64,000 nt of DNA from Terriglobia bacterium. GTDB lineage: Bacteria > Acidobacteriota > Terriglobia > Acidiferrales > UBA7541. The notes below the pieces were generated by a model. The model was not told where the DNA came from, did no database searches, and was given only the letters and a program-made list of their open reading frames with translations. This document shows, piece by piece, positions 1 to 8,868 of this stretch. Both the position numbers and the translations under genes were made by a program. Within the stretch, counting starts at the first letter, position 1. Each line of letters opens with the position of its first letter. Where the stretch lies: assembly GCA_963695545.1 (NCBI GenBank), contig OY968796.1, forward strand, positions 384,001 through 448,000, written 5' to 3'.

Positions 1-2
1 CT

Positions 3-818
3 TACGCTTTCCCGGGTTTGTCGACGGTGCTTACACATGCTTACGGATATGCTCCGGAGAAAATGCGTGCCGCGTTTCTGGACCTACGGAGAGCCCAAGG
101 TGCGCAGGGAAATGATCCGCTCGATCTGACGACGGTGGAATCATTTCGGTACTCCGACAGAACCTTCGTCACGATCGAAAAGATGCATCACAGCGATTTC
201 ACGTCGTTCGCGATGATCGGAGAACAGTTTCATACACCGATCGCGGCTGACTATCCGTTGAACGGGTGGAATAGGGAAACTGCGAAAACTGGGCACGAGC
301 AGGCTTGCAGAATCGTCCTGGCCTTCCTCGATGCCAAGGTCCGAAATGACGCGAACGCTCTTACCACTCTTAGCGAGGCAGTCCAGCAAGCGGATGGAGG
401 CCTATTGAGGCATGAAGAGGGCACACCTGCGCCTCCATCACCTTTAGAATCGGCTGCTTTGGCCAGCCAGCAAGGCCTGGGGGCCGTGAAGGCGCTCTTC
501 GTCAGGATTTGCGGGGAGAGAGGCGTTGGAACGTGTATCGACGGCGACCGATTCAACACCTGGGGGTACAACTTATTGGGGCAAAATCGTCCGAAAGATG
601 CGCTTGCCGTTTTCGAGTTGGCTGTCTGGGCCCATCCAAGGTCTGCCAACGCGCAAGACAGTCTTGCGGACGGCTACCTTGCGGTCGGCGACAAGGAGAG
701 CGCGCGAAAAGCCGTTATCCGAGCCATCGAACTTGCGCCGAGTGACCCGTCGCTTGATGCGGGCTCCGAACCATCGTTCCTGTCTGAAGAACACGCGCGC
801 CTGCAACAAATCCAATAG
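3..818 (+). CDS. 5'-truncated protein with C-terminal TPR repeat; N-terminal part possibly the end of an alpha/beta-hydrolase-like domain
   Basis: Frame is open from the window edge. C-terminal 'FNTWGYNLL...ALAVFELAV...PRSANAQDSLADGYLAVGDKESARKAVIRAIELAP' is a typical TPR pair. Confidence 0.65.
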   Translation, partial: YAFPGLSTVLTHAYGYAPEKMRAAFLDLRRAQGAQGNDPLDLTTVESFRYSDRTFVTIEKMHHSDFTSFAMIGEQFHTPIAADYPLNGWNRETAKTGHEQACRIVLAFLDAKVRNDANALTTLSEAVQQADGGLLRHEEGTPAPPSPLESAALASQQGLGAVKALFVRICGERGVGTCIDGDRFNTWGYNLLGQNRPKDALAVFELAVWAHPRSANAQDSLADGYLAVGDKESARKAVIRAIELAPSDPSLDAGSEPSFLSEEHARLQQIQ

Positions 819-1052
819 CCCTATTCGCGCGCTCATGCAGCCATGACGGCTCAATCATCGGCGCTAAACACGCCGCCGGACGAACCAAATGCGTTCTGAA
901 CAGCAGGACTAACGAATTCGCATGGTTGCGGACAATTACTTTCGGGACTTGCGCTCGCGCCCGCCTGCGCGTTGGCCGCCGCGCATTTCTGTGGCAGACT
1001 TGTATTTCGAGGGGAGCCGGAAAATCACTCCCGCCTCATCCCGAAAAAATCC

Positions 1053-2864
1053 ATGGATCCCCAATTCATACGCAACTTCTGCATCATCGCGCATATCGAC
1101 CACGGCAAATCCACGCTTGCCGACCGCCTCCTCGAGCTCACTGGCGCGCTCACCCAGCGCGAGATGAGTTCCCAAGTCCTCGATTCCATGGATCTCGAAA
1201 AAGAGCGCGGCATCACCATCAAAGCCAAAAGCATCCGCCTGCATTACCGCGCGCCCGATGGACAGGAATATCAGCTAAACCTAATCGACACGCCCGGCCA
1301 CGTGGATTTTTCTTACGAAGTCTCGCGCGCGCTTTCCGCGTGCGAAGGCGCGCTGCTCGTGGTGGACGCAAGCCAGGGCGTCGAAGCGCAAACCGTCGCC
1401 AATACGTTTCTCGCCGCGGAGCACAATCTCACGATCGTCCCCGTGATCAACAAAATCGACTTGCCCGCGTCGCGTCCCGATGAAGTCAAAGAACAGATCG
1501 AATCCGTGCTCGCGATTCCGGCCTCCGATGCGATTCTGATCAGCGCGAAAAGCGGCCTCGGAGTCGAAGCCGTGCTCGATGCCATCGTCGCCCGCATTCC
1601 TCCGCCCGTCGGCTCGGCCGATGCCCCGCTGCGCGCGCTGATTTTCGATTCCTGGTTCGATATTTATCGCGGCGCCGTCGTGCAGGTCCGCGTGGTCGAA
1701 GGAACCATCCGTCCGCACCAGAAAATCCGCCTGTGCGCCAATAACGAAGTCTTCGAGGTCGAAACCCTCGGCGCGCTCACGCCCAAGCCCGTCGCTCTCG
1801 ACGAATTGGCCGCCGGCGACGTCGGCTTCGTCGTCGCCAACATCAAGCGCGTGGCCGATGCGCGCGTTGGCGATACCATCGTCGACGCAATTCACCCCGC
1901 CGCGCCGCTGCCCGGCTTTGAAGCCATCAAACCCATGGTCTTCGCCGGCCTCTACCCGGTGCAAGCCTCGGGCTACGAGCCGCTGCGCGACGCGCTCGGC
2001 AAGCTGCAACTGAACGACGCCGCATTTTTCTACGAGCCCGAAACTTCGGCCGCGCTCGGATTCGGATTTCGCTGCGGCTTTCTCGGCTTGCTGCACATGG
2101 AGATCGTTCAGGAACGCCTCGAGCGCGAATTCGGAATCGATCTCATCACCACCGCGCCGAGCGTGCGCTATCGCATCACCACCGCCGCGGGCCAGGTCCT
2201 CGAAGTCGATAACCCGACGAAATTCCCCACGCCCGATTCCATCGCGAAGATCGAAGAGCCCGTGATCACCGCGATGATCATTTCCTCGGAGGAATCGGTC
2301 GGCGCAATCCTGAAACTCTGCGAGGACAAGCGCGGCGTGCAGAAAAATTTCGAGTACCTCTCGCCCACGCGCGTCCTGCTCACCTATGAAATGCCGCTCA
2401 ACGAAGTCGTTCTCGATTTTTACGATCGTCTGAAGAGCGCGTCGCGCGGCTACGCCTCGCTCGATTACCACCTGTCCGGTTACAAAGAAGGCGATCTTGT
2501 GAAGCTCGACGTGCTGGTCGCTGGCGAGCCGGTCGACGCGCTCGTGCTGGTCTGCCATCGCGAGTTCGCCTACGAGCGCGGCCGCGATCTGGTCACGCGC
2601 CTGCGCAAACTCATTCCGCGGCAAATGTTCGAGGTGCCGATTCAAGCCGCGATCGGCAGCAGAGTGATCGCGCGTGAAACCGTCGCCGCCATGCGCAAGA
2701 ACGTGATCGCCAAATGCTACGGCGGAGACATCTCGCGCAAACGCAAGCTCCTCGAAAAACAAAAAGAAGGAAAGCGCCGCATGAAGCGCGTGGGCCGCGT
2801 GGATATTCCGCAGGAAGCGTTCCTCGCCGTGCTCAAAGTCGCGAGCTCTTCCGATGACGATTAG
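1053..2864 (+). CDS. lepA: Elongation factor 4 (LepA)
   Basis: [39 protein letters not shown], and C-terminal [22 protein letters not shown]. Start taken at ATG 1053. Confidence 0.98.
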   Translation: MDPQFIRNFCIIAHIDHGKSTLADRLLELTGALTQREMSSQVLDSMDLEKERGITIKAKSIRLHYRAPDGQEYQLNLIDTPGHVDFSYEVSRALSACEGALLVVDASQGVEAQTVANTFLAAEHNLTIVPVINKIDLPASRPDEVKEQIESVLAIPASDAILISAKSGLGVEAVLDAIVARIPPPVGSADAPLRALIFDSWFDIYRGAVVQVRVVEGTIRPHQKIRLCANNEVFEVETLGALTPKPVALDELAAGDVGFVVANIKRVADARVGDTIVDAIHPAAPLPGFEAIKPMVFAGLYPVQASGYEPLRDALGKLQLNDAAFFYEPETSAALGFGFRCGFLGLLHMEIVQERLEREFGIDLITTAPSVRYRITTAAGQVLEVDNPTKFPTPDSIAKIEEPVITAMIISSEESVGAILKLCEDKRGVQKNFEYLSPTRVLLTYEMPLNEVVLDFYDRLKSASRGYASLDYHLSGYKEGDLVKLDVLVAGEPVDALVLVCHREFAYERGRDLVTRLRKLIPRQMFEVPIQAAIGSRVIARETVAAMRKNVIAKCYGGDISRKRKLLEKQKEGKRRMKRVGRVDIPQEAFLAVLKVASSSDDD

Positions 2865-2908
2865 AACTATGCTCGTCGCACAACGCCCCGCTGCGATTCC
2901 GCCGCGCG

Positions 2909-4276
2909 CTACTTCTGCGGCGTGTCCTTCTGCCGAACTTCCGCGCCGAGACTCCCGCGTGCCAGTTGCACGCGCACTTCGTCTCCCAGCGCCACTTGCG
3001 CGCTCGAACGCACAATATTCCCCGCCGCGTCCGTGCAGATCGCATATCCGCGTTCGAGCACGCGCAGCGGTCCGCGCTCTTCAAGCTGCACGAACACGCG
3101 CTCGAGCCGCTGCCTCTTCAGCGCAAGCAATCGCTCGATGCGCGCGCCCAATTCGCCCGAGCGCTGCGCCGCGCGTTGCCGCCACGCCGCAATGCGCTGC
3201 CGAAAATCGAACGATACGATGCGCGTCGCCGCAATCGTCAAGCGCCGGCGCAATCGCTCGGTCCGCGCGTCGAGCGCCTCGCCCAATCGCGCCACAAGCT
3301 CGTCGGTTTGTTGCCTGTGTCGCCGCACCAATTCCTCGATGCGCCGGAATCCCACGTGCGTCGCAAGTTCGCGCAACCGGTCGCGCTGTTCGAGCAGCCG
3401 GTAACGTATACGCGCCTCCAGATCGCCGCGCAGTTCGGCGAGGTGCCGGTTGAATTCTTTTTTTGTGCCTACGACGAGTTCGGCCGCGGCCGATGGCGTT
3501 GAGGCGCGCACGTCCGCCACAAAATCCGCAATCGTGAAATCGGTTTCGTGCCCCACGCCGGAAATAATCGGAATGGTGCACGCGGCGATCGCGCGCGCCA
3601 GCACTTCTTCATTGAACGCCCACAAATCTTCGAGCGAGCCGCCGCCGCGCACCAGCAGGATCACGTCCGCCGATTGCTTGCGATTGAAATACTTGATGGC
3701 CGCCGCGATTTCCGCCGCGGCTCCTTCGCCCTGCACGCGCGTGGGATAGAGCAGCAGATGGAGATTCGGAAATCGCCGCCGCAAAATTCGGATCACGTCG
3801 CGCACCGCAGCGCCGCGTGGCGACGTGATGATCCCGACGCGCCGCGGCAGCGCCGGCAGCGGCCGCTTGTGCGCCGCATCAAACAATCCTTCTTTTTCGA
3901 GGCGCTTCTTCAACTGCTCGAAAGCCAATTGCAGCGCGCCCAGTCCCACCGGCTCGATGTGCTCGGCGTACAACTGGTATTCGCCGCGCGGCTCGTACAC
4001 TCCGATCGATCCGCGCACCGTAACTTTCAATCCGTCTTCGGGGCGAAACTTCAGGCGCATGGCCTGATTGCGAAACGTCACGCAGCGAATCTGCGCGCGC
4101 GCGTCCTTCAGCGTGAAATAAATGTGGCCCGGCTGCGACACGTGGCAGTTCGAGACTTCGCCTTCGACCCAAACATCCGCGAACGCGCCGGCCAGAATGT
4201 CGCGAATCCGCTCGGTCAATTCCTGCACCGACCAGATTTTTCTTCCCGGCACGAGATTGAGCGGGAGTTGGTTCAT
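2909..4276 (-). CDS. xseA: Exodeoxyribonuclease VII large subunit
   Basis: VWVEGEVSN, GHIYFTLKD, RGGGSLEDLWAFNEE, GVGHETDFTIADFVADVRASTPSAAAE, LERGYAI. Start ATG overlaps the upstream stop. Confidence 0.96.
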   Translation of the reverse strand: MNQLPLNLVPGRKIWSVQELTERIRDILAGAFADVWVEGEVSNCHVSQPGHIYFTLKDARAQIRCVTFRNQAMRLKFRPEDGLKVTVRGSIGVYEPRGEYQLYAEHIEPVGLGALQLAFEQLKKRLEKEGLFDAAHKRPLPALPRRVGIITSPRGAAVRDVIRILRRRFPNLHLLLYPTRVQGEGAAAEIAAAIKYFNRKQSADVILLVRGGGSLEDLWAFNEEVLARAIAACTIPIISGVGHETDFTIADFVADVRASTPSAAAELVVGTKKEFNRHLAELRGDLEARIRYRLLEQRDRLRELATHVGFRRIEELVRRHRQQTDELVARLGEALDARTERLRRRLTIAATRIVSFDFRQRIAAWRQRAAQRSGELGARIERLLALKRQRLERVFVQLEERGPLRVLERGYAICTDAAGNIVRSSAQVALGDEVRVQLARGSLGAEVRQKDTPQK

Positions 4277-4506
4277 CGGCGCATCCCATTCACAAGCCAA
4301 AACACAACTGTGAGAACCGCGCTGATGATCACGCAAGTGACGATCGGAAAATAAAATGATCCATTCTTCCCGCGGTAGGAAATATCGCCCGGCAGCCGGC
4401 CGAGGCGGAGAGGCAGGCGTCCACCCATAAATAGGAACGCACCAGCGAGAACAATCAGTGCGCCGGCGATAACCAGCAGCTTGCCGAACTCGCGCGTTGG
4501 TTCCAT
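4273..4506 (-). CDS. DUF2905 family small membrane protein
   Basis: Signature LGRLPGDI...FYFPIVTCVIIS between two hydrophobic helices. Confidence 0.85.
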   Translation of the reverse strand: MEPTREFGKLLVIAGALIVLAGAFLFMGGRLPLRLGRLPGDISYRGKNGSFYFPIVTCVIISAVLTVVFWLVNGMRR

Positions 4507-4580
4507 GCCGCCATTCTACCCAAGTGCGGTCGGCAAGGCACGGCTGCGAAAATATCGGCGCGGGCGGCCGCAACGCGCGG

Positions 4581-5000
4581 CTACAGAAGCTCGTACCCGG
4601 CGAAAAAGTAGCCGATCTCGAATGCCGCCGTGTCCGGAGCGTCCGAGCCATGCGTACAATTGAATTGAATGCTCGTGCCGAACTCGCGGCGAATCGAGCC
4701 GGGAGCGGCTTTCGCGGGATCGGTCGCGCCCATGGTTTCGCGCCAGCGCGAGATCGCGGATTCAGTTTCGAGCACGGCCACGACGATTGGGCCCGAGCTC
4801 ATGAATTCGGTGAGCTCGGCGAAGAAACCTTTCGTGCGATGCACGGCATAGAAACCTTCGGCCTCCGCGCGCGTGAGGCGCAGCGACTTGAGAGCTACGA
4901 AGCGGAATCCGGCCTTTTCGATGCGCGCGAGAATTTCGCCGGTCAGCTTTCGACCGGTCGCATCAGGCTTTACGATGGACAGCGTTCTTTCAACAGCCAT
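4581..5000 (-). CDS. ndk: Nucleoside-diphosphate kinase
   Basis: [32 protein letters not shown], catalytic NCTHGSD. Confidence 0.97.
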   Translation of the reverse strand: MAVERTLSIVKPDATGRKLTGEILARIEKAGFRFVALKSLRLTRAEAEGFYAVHRTKGFFAELTEFMSSGPIVVAVLETESAISRWRETMGATDPAKAAPGSIRREFGTSIQFNCTHGSDAPDTAAFEIGYFFAGYELL

Positions 5001-5027
5001 ATTTCGCTCCTGGGCTCGCTCGCCCGA

Positions 5028-5900
5028 TTATTTCCCGATCGCCGCGGCGAGCGTTTTGCCGATGTCGGCCGGACTCTGCACACAATGAATTCCCGCGGCG
5101 GACATGGCCTCGTATTTTTCTTTCGCCGTGCCCGAGCCGCCGCTGATAATCGCGCCCGCGTGTCCCATGCGGCGCCCCGGCGGCGCGGTTTGCCCGGCGA
5201 TAAATCCGACCACCGGCTTTTTCACGTGCGCGCGAATGTATTCGGCGGCCTGCTGCTCGGCGTTGCCGCCAATTTCGCCGATCAGAATGATGGCGCTCGT
5301 GTCCGCGTCTTCGTGGAACAATTTGATCGCGTCCAGAAACGAAGTGCCGATGATCGGATCGCCGCCGATTCCGATGCACGTCGATTGACCGATCCCAAGA
5401 CGCGTCAATTGGTCCACCGCCTCATAAGTGAGAGTGCCGCTGCGGCTGACCACGCCGACGTGACCTTGTTTGTGAATGCGGCCCGGCATGATTCCGATTT
5501 TGCATTGGCCCGGCGAAATCACGCCAGGGCAGTTCGGGCCGATCAAGCGCGTGCCGGAGCCCGCGAGCGCCGCGGCCACGCGCACCATGTCGAGCACCGG
5601 CACGCCTTCGGTGATGCAGATCACCAGCGGCAAACCCGCGTCGGCGGCTTCGAGAATGGCGCCAGCCGCGAATGGCGGCGGCACAAAAATCACCGACGCA
5701 TTTGCGCCAGTCTCACGCGCCGCTTCGGCGACGGTATTGAAAACGGGCACACCGAGGTGCAGCGAGCCCCCTTTTCCTGGCGTCACGCCGCCGACGACCT
5801 TTGTGCCGTACTCGATCATCTGCTCCGAATGAAATGTGCCTTCGCGTCCCGTGATTCCCTGCACCAGAACTTTCGTTTTCTCGTTGACGAGGACGCTCAT
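5028..5900 (-). CDS. sucD: Succinyl-CoA synthetase alpha subunit
   Basis: [29 protein letters not shown], phospho-His motif [10 protein letters not shown]. Confidence 0.98.
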   Translation of the reverse strand: MSVLVNEKTKVLVQGITGREGTFHSEQMIEYGTKVVGGVTPGKGGSLHLGVPVFNTVAEAARETGANASVIFVPPPFAAGAILEAADAGLPLVICITEGVPVLDMVRVAAALAGSGTRLIGPNCPGVISPGQCKIGIMPGRIHKQGHVGVVSRSGTLTYEAVDQLTRLGIGQSTCIGIGGDPIIGTSFLDAIKLFHEDADTSAIILIGEIGGNAEQQAAEYIRAHVKKPVVGFIAGQTAPPGRRMGHAGAIISGGSGTAKEKYEAMSAAGIHCVQSPADIGKTLAAAIGK

Positions 5901-7078
5901 CGAGTTTTCCCCGCCCCGGCCGCGGCAAGTGCCACGATTTTCTGCGCGCCGTCATTCATATCGCTTGCGATTCCGAAATTGAAGCCGGACGAGCTTAGAA
6001 TTTCCTTGCCCTTCTCGACGTTGGTGCCCTCCATGCGAATGACGATGGGCACTTTGATATTCAACTCGCGCGCCGCGGCCACCACGCCCGTGGCCAGCAC
6101 GTCGCAGCGCAGGATGCCGCCGAAAATATTGATGTACACGCCGCGCACGCTCGGATCGCTGATCAAAATCTTGAACGCGTTCTTCACCTGCTCGGCGGAA
6201 GCGCCGCCGCCAACATCCAGAAAATTCGCGGGTGATCCTCCGGCGAGCTTAATAATGTCCATCGTGGCCATGGCCAGTCCCGCGCCGTTCACCATGCAAC
6301 CGACGGTGCCGTCGAGCTTGATGTAGTTGAGTTTGAATTTCGAGGCCTCGACTTCGAGCGGCTCCTCTTCGTCGAGATCGCGCAGCTCGGCAATATCTTT
6401 ATGGCGATAAAGCGCGTTGTCGTCGAAATTCATTTTCGCATCGAGCGCGACGAGCTTGCCTTCGCCGGTCAGCACCAGCGGATTGATTTCTGCAAGCGAC
6501 GCGTCGGTTTCGATGAACGCGCGATACAGCGATTGCAAAAACGCCGTCGCGCCCGCGACGGATTCCGCGGGCAGCCCCAGGCCGAAAGCGATCTTGCGCG
6601 CTTGATACGCCTGGAAACCGGCGGCGGGGTGCACGGTTTCGCGCAGAATCGCCGCGGGATTCGTGCGCGCAACTTCCTCGATCTCGACTCCGCCGGCCGC
6701 GCTCGCCATCAGCACCGGCGCGGCCACGGCGCGATCCACCAAAACGCTCAGATACAATTCGCGCTTGATGTCCAATCCCTCTTCGATCAGCAAGCGCTTC
6801 ACCACGCGCCCGCCCGGCCCGGTCTGCGGCGTCACAAGCGTCATGCCCAACATCTTGGCCGCGAGTTCGCCCGCTTCGGCCGGCGACTTCGCGAGCTTCA
6901 CGCCGCCGCCCTTGCCTCGCCCGCCCGCGTGAATTTGCGCCTTCACCACGACTACCTTCGTGCCCAGACGCTCGGCCGCGGCGCGCGCCGCTTCGGCGGA
7001 AGTCACCATTTCGCCGCGCGGCGTGGGCACACCGAAACGGCGCAGGATTTCCTTGGCTTGATATTCGTGAATCTTCAT
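5897..7078 (-). CDS. sucC: Succinyl-CoA synthetase beta subunit
   Basis: [55 protein letters not shown]. Confidence 0.98.
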   Translation of the reverse strand: MKIHEYQAKEILRRFGVPTPRGEMVTSAEAARAAAERLGTKVVVVKAQIHAGGRGKGGGVKLAKSPAEAGELAAKMLGMTLVTPQTGPGGRVVKRLLIEEGLDIKRELYLSVLVDRAVAAPVLMASAAGGVEIEEVARTNPAAILRETVHPAAGFQAYQARKIAFGLGLPAESVAGATAFLQSLYRAFIETDASLAEINPLVLTGEGKLVALDAKMNFDDNALYRHKDIAELRDLDEEEPLEVEASKFKLNYIKLDGTVGCMVNGAGLAMATMDIIKLAGGSPANFLDVGGGASAEQVKNAFKILISDPSVRGVYINIFGGILRCDVLATGVVAAARELNIKVPIVIRMEGTNVEKGKEILSSSGFNFGIASDMNDGAQKIVALAAAGAGKTR

Positions 7079-7276
7079 CGACCATCCATCAGTGCGCGAT
7101 TGCCTGCTGCACGCAAACCAAGAAGTTTAGCCGGAAGCCCGCGGTCCGACAAGGACGCGAGCCCATGGTCGCGTAGTCCGCGGCCACGGACGCCCTCGAA
7201 TTCGCGACAAATTCTCGAATCTTCCTCGGCGGAAGACCGGCCAGGTGAAGGACGCGCCGGGGTTCGCGGGGCTGAA

Positions 7277-8128
7277 CTACTCGCCGGCCTTGGCTGCCAG
7301 TGCTCCGGCGACCGCGATGTTTTGCAGGAGCGCATCCGGAATGCCGTGGCGCTGCTGCAGATACGCGGGGCTGTTGTAGGAGAGCCAAACTTTTCCCGCG
7401 GCATCTTGCGAGATCAGAATCTTCAGCGGCAAATCGATCGCGCTGGTCGGAGCAGCGAGCATCACCGGCGTCCCGCCTTTGGGATTGCCGAAGATCAGCA
7501 GCTTGGTGGGCAGCATTTGCAATCCGGCCTTCGCCGCTTCGCCGCTGTGATCGACCAAGGCGAAGATGGTGACGCCTTTGGCTTGCAGAATGCCTTTGAG
7601 TTTTTCCACGGTTTCGTCAACCGTGTGATGACTCAGCACGCTGACGATGCCGTCGTCTGTCGCTTGCGCCATGGTTGCATCCTCGCTGTGTTGGGAATTG
7701 ATTCGAGAAGTGGTTCCCGGACTCGCAGTTGCGGCCCGTCGGAGCGAAATCAGGTAAATCGTCATGGCCAAGCCGACCATCGCGAGAAACACGGCGATTG
7801 CCACGGCCATCGTGGAAGAACGCGAGTGCGGTGGCGCGCCGCGATCGAGTTCGCGGACCAATCGCACGTGTTGCCATCCCGCGAACAGATTCATGGCGAC
7901 GCCGACGGCGATCAGCGCGGTTCCGAACCACAGGGACATTCCGTAGGAGTGCGCGGGCGCGACGATCTTGACGATTTGCAGCTCCTGAACGAAAAGCCCA
8001 AATCGCGCGACGACGAAGCCGAAGCCCATCAGAGCCAAACCCGTGCGGATCCAGGCGAGAAGAGTGCGCTCGGCGGCCAGATAGTCGGTGACAGCTGCGC
8101 TTTGGTTGCCTTCAGTCGAGGGAGCCAT
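7277..8128 (-). CDS. DUF202 (YidH-like) membrane domain fused to a DUF302 domain
   Basis: N-terminal DYLAAERTLLAWIRTGLALMGFGF (DUF202). C-terminal FALVDHSGEA...LLIFGNPKGGTPVM...IDLPLKIL (DUF302). Confidence 0.85.
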   Translation of the reverse strand: MAPSTEGNQSAAVTDYLAAERTLLAWIRTGLALMGFGFVVARFGLFVQELQIVKIVAPAHSYGMSLWFGTALIAVGVAMNLFAGWQHVRLVRELDRGAPPHSRSSTMAVAIAVFLAMVGLAMTIYLISLRRAATASPGTTSRINSQHSEDATMAQATDDGIVSVLSHHTVDETVEKLKGILQAKGVTIFALVDHSGEAAKAGLQMLPTKLLIFGNPKGGTPVMLAAPTSAIDLPLKILISQDAAGKVWLSYNSPAYLQQRHGIPDALLQNIAVAGALAAKAGE

Positions 8129-8176
8129 TTCCGATTCTCCAGGCGCGGCTTCGCGGGCGCGCGCGCCGTCGGAGTT

Positions 8177-8566
8177 TTATTTGTCCTTGGCGAAACGCAG
8201 TGCGACGGAATTCATACAGTAGCGCTGCCCCGTGGGCTTCGGGCCATCGGGAAAAACGTGGCCCAGGTGCGCGTCACACGCGCGACATCTCACTTCCGTT
8301 CGAGCGATGCCATGGCTGACGTCGGTATCTTCGACGACATTTTCTTCGGAGACGGGCGCCCAGAAGCTCGGCCATCCGGTGCCGGAATCGAATTTTGTGT
8401 CGGAGCTGAACAGCGGCGCGTCGCAACACACGCAGCGAAACACACCTTTGTCGTGCACGTTCAGATTTTCGCCAGTGAAGGGCGGCTCGGTGGCCGCGTG
8501 GCGAGTGACTTCAAACGCGTTCGGAGACAACTGTTTTTTCCATTCTGCTTCGGTCTTCTTAGTCAT
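8177..8566 (-). CDS. msrB: Peptide-methionine (R)-S-oxide reductase MsrB
   Basis: TEPPFTG, two Zn-binding CxxC (CVCC, CRAC), [21 protein letters not shown], catalytic RYCMNS. Confidence 0.96.
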   Translation of the reverse strand: MTKKTEAEWKKQLSPNAFEVTRHAATEPPFTGENLNVHDKGVFRCVCCDAPLFSSDTKFDSGTGWPSFWAPVSEENVVEDTDVSHGIARTEVRCRACDAHLGHVFPDGPKPTGQRYCMNSVALRFAKDK

Positions 8567-8868
8567 GGGGATTGAGATCACTCCTTAGCTTTCGTCCGGC
8601 TTCGTGAACTTGCCAATCGGGATCAGCCTCGGCGACGTGCCGGGCACGGCGTCGGCGAAGCGGCATCACTTCTATCATATCGCCAGGAGGCAATGGCGGC
8701 GAGCGCGGCGCTCTCCTGGCCGCCGCACGCCGCCAAAGAACCGAACCGCGAGCAGCGCATTGCACTAACCGGAACGGTACTCCGCGGGCATGAGTCTCTA
8801 AAGTTCTAAACAGAATTGCCAATATTTCTGATATTCTCCGGTGCGTTTTCGAGTGCAGGGGAGCGGTC

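Noticed and set aside
6401..8575. 724-aa plus-strand ORF, and similar long ORFs at 4497-6326, 58430-60712, 14460-16046 and 1281-2762
   Set aside because: Antisense shadows of well-conserved genes in high-GC DNA. They are Arg-rich and carry no motifs.
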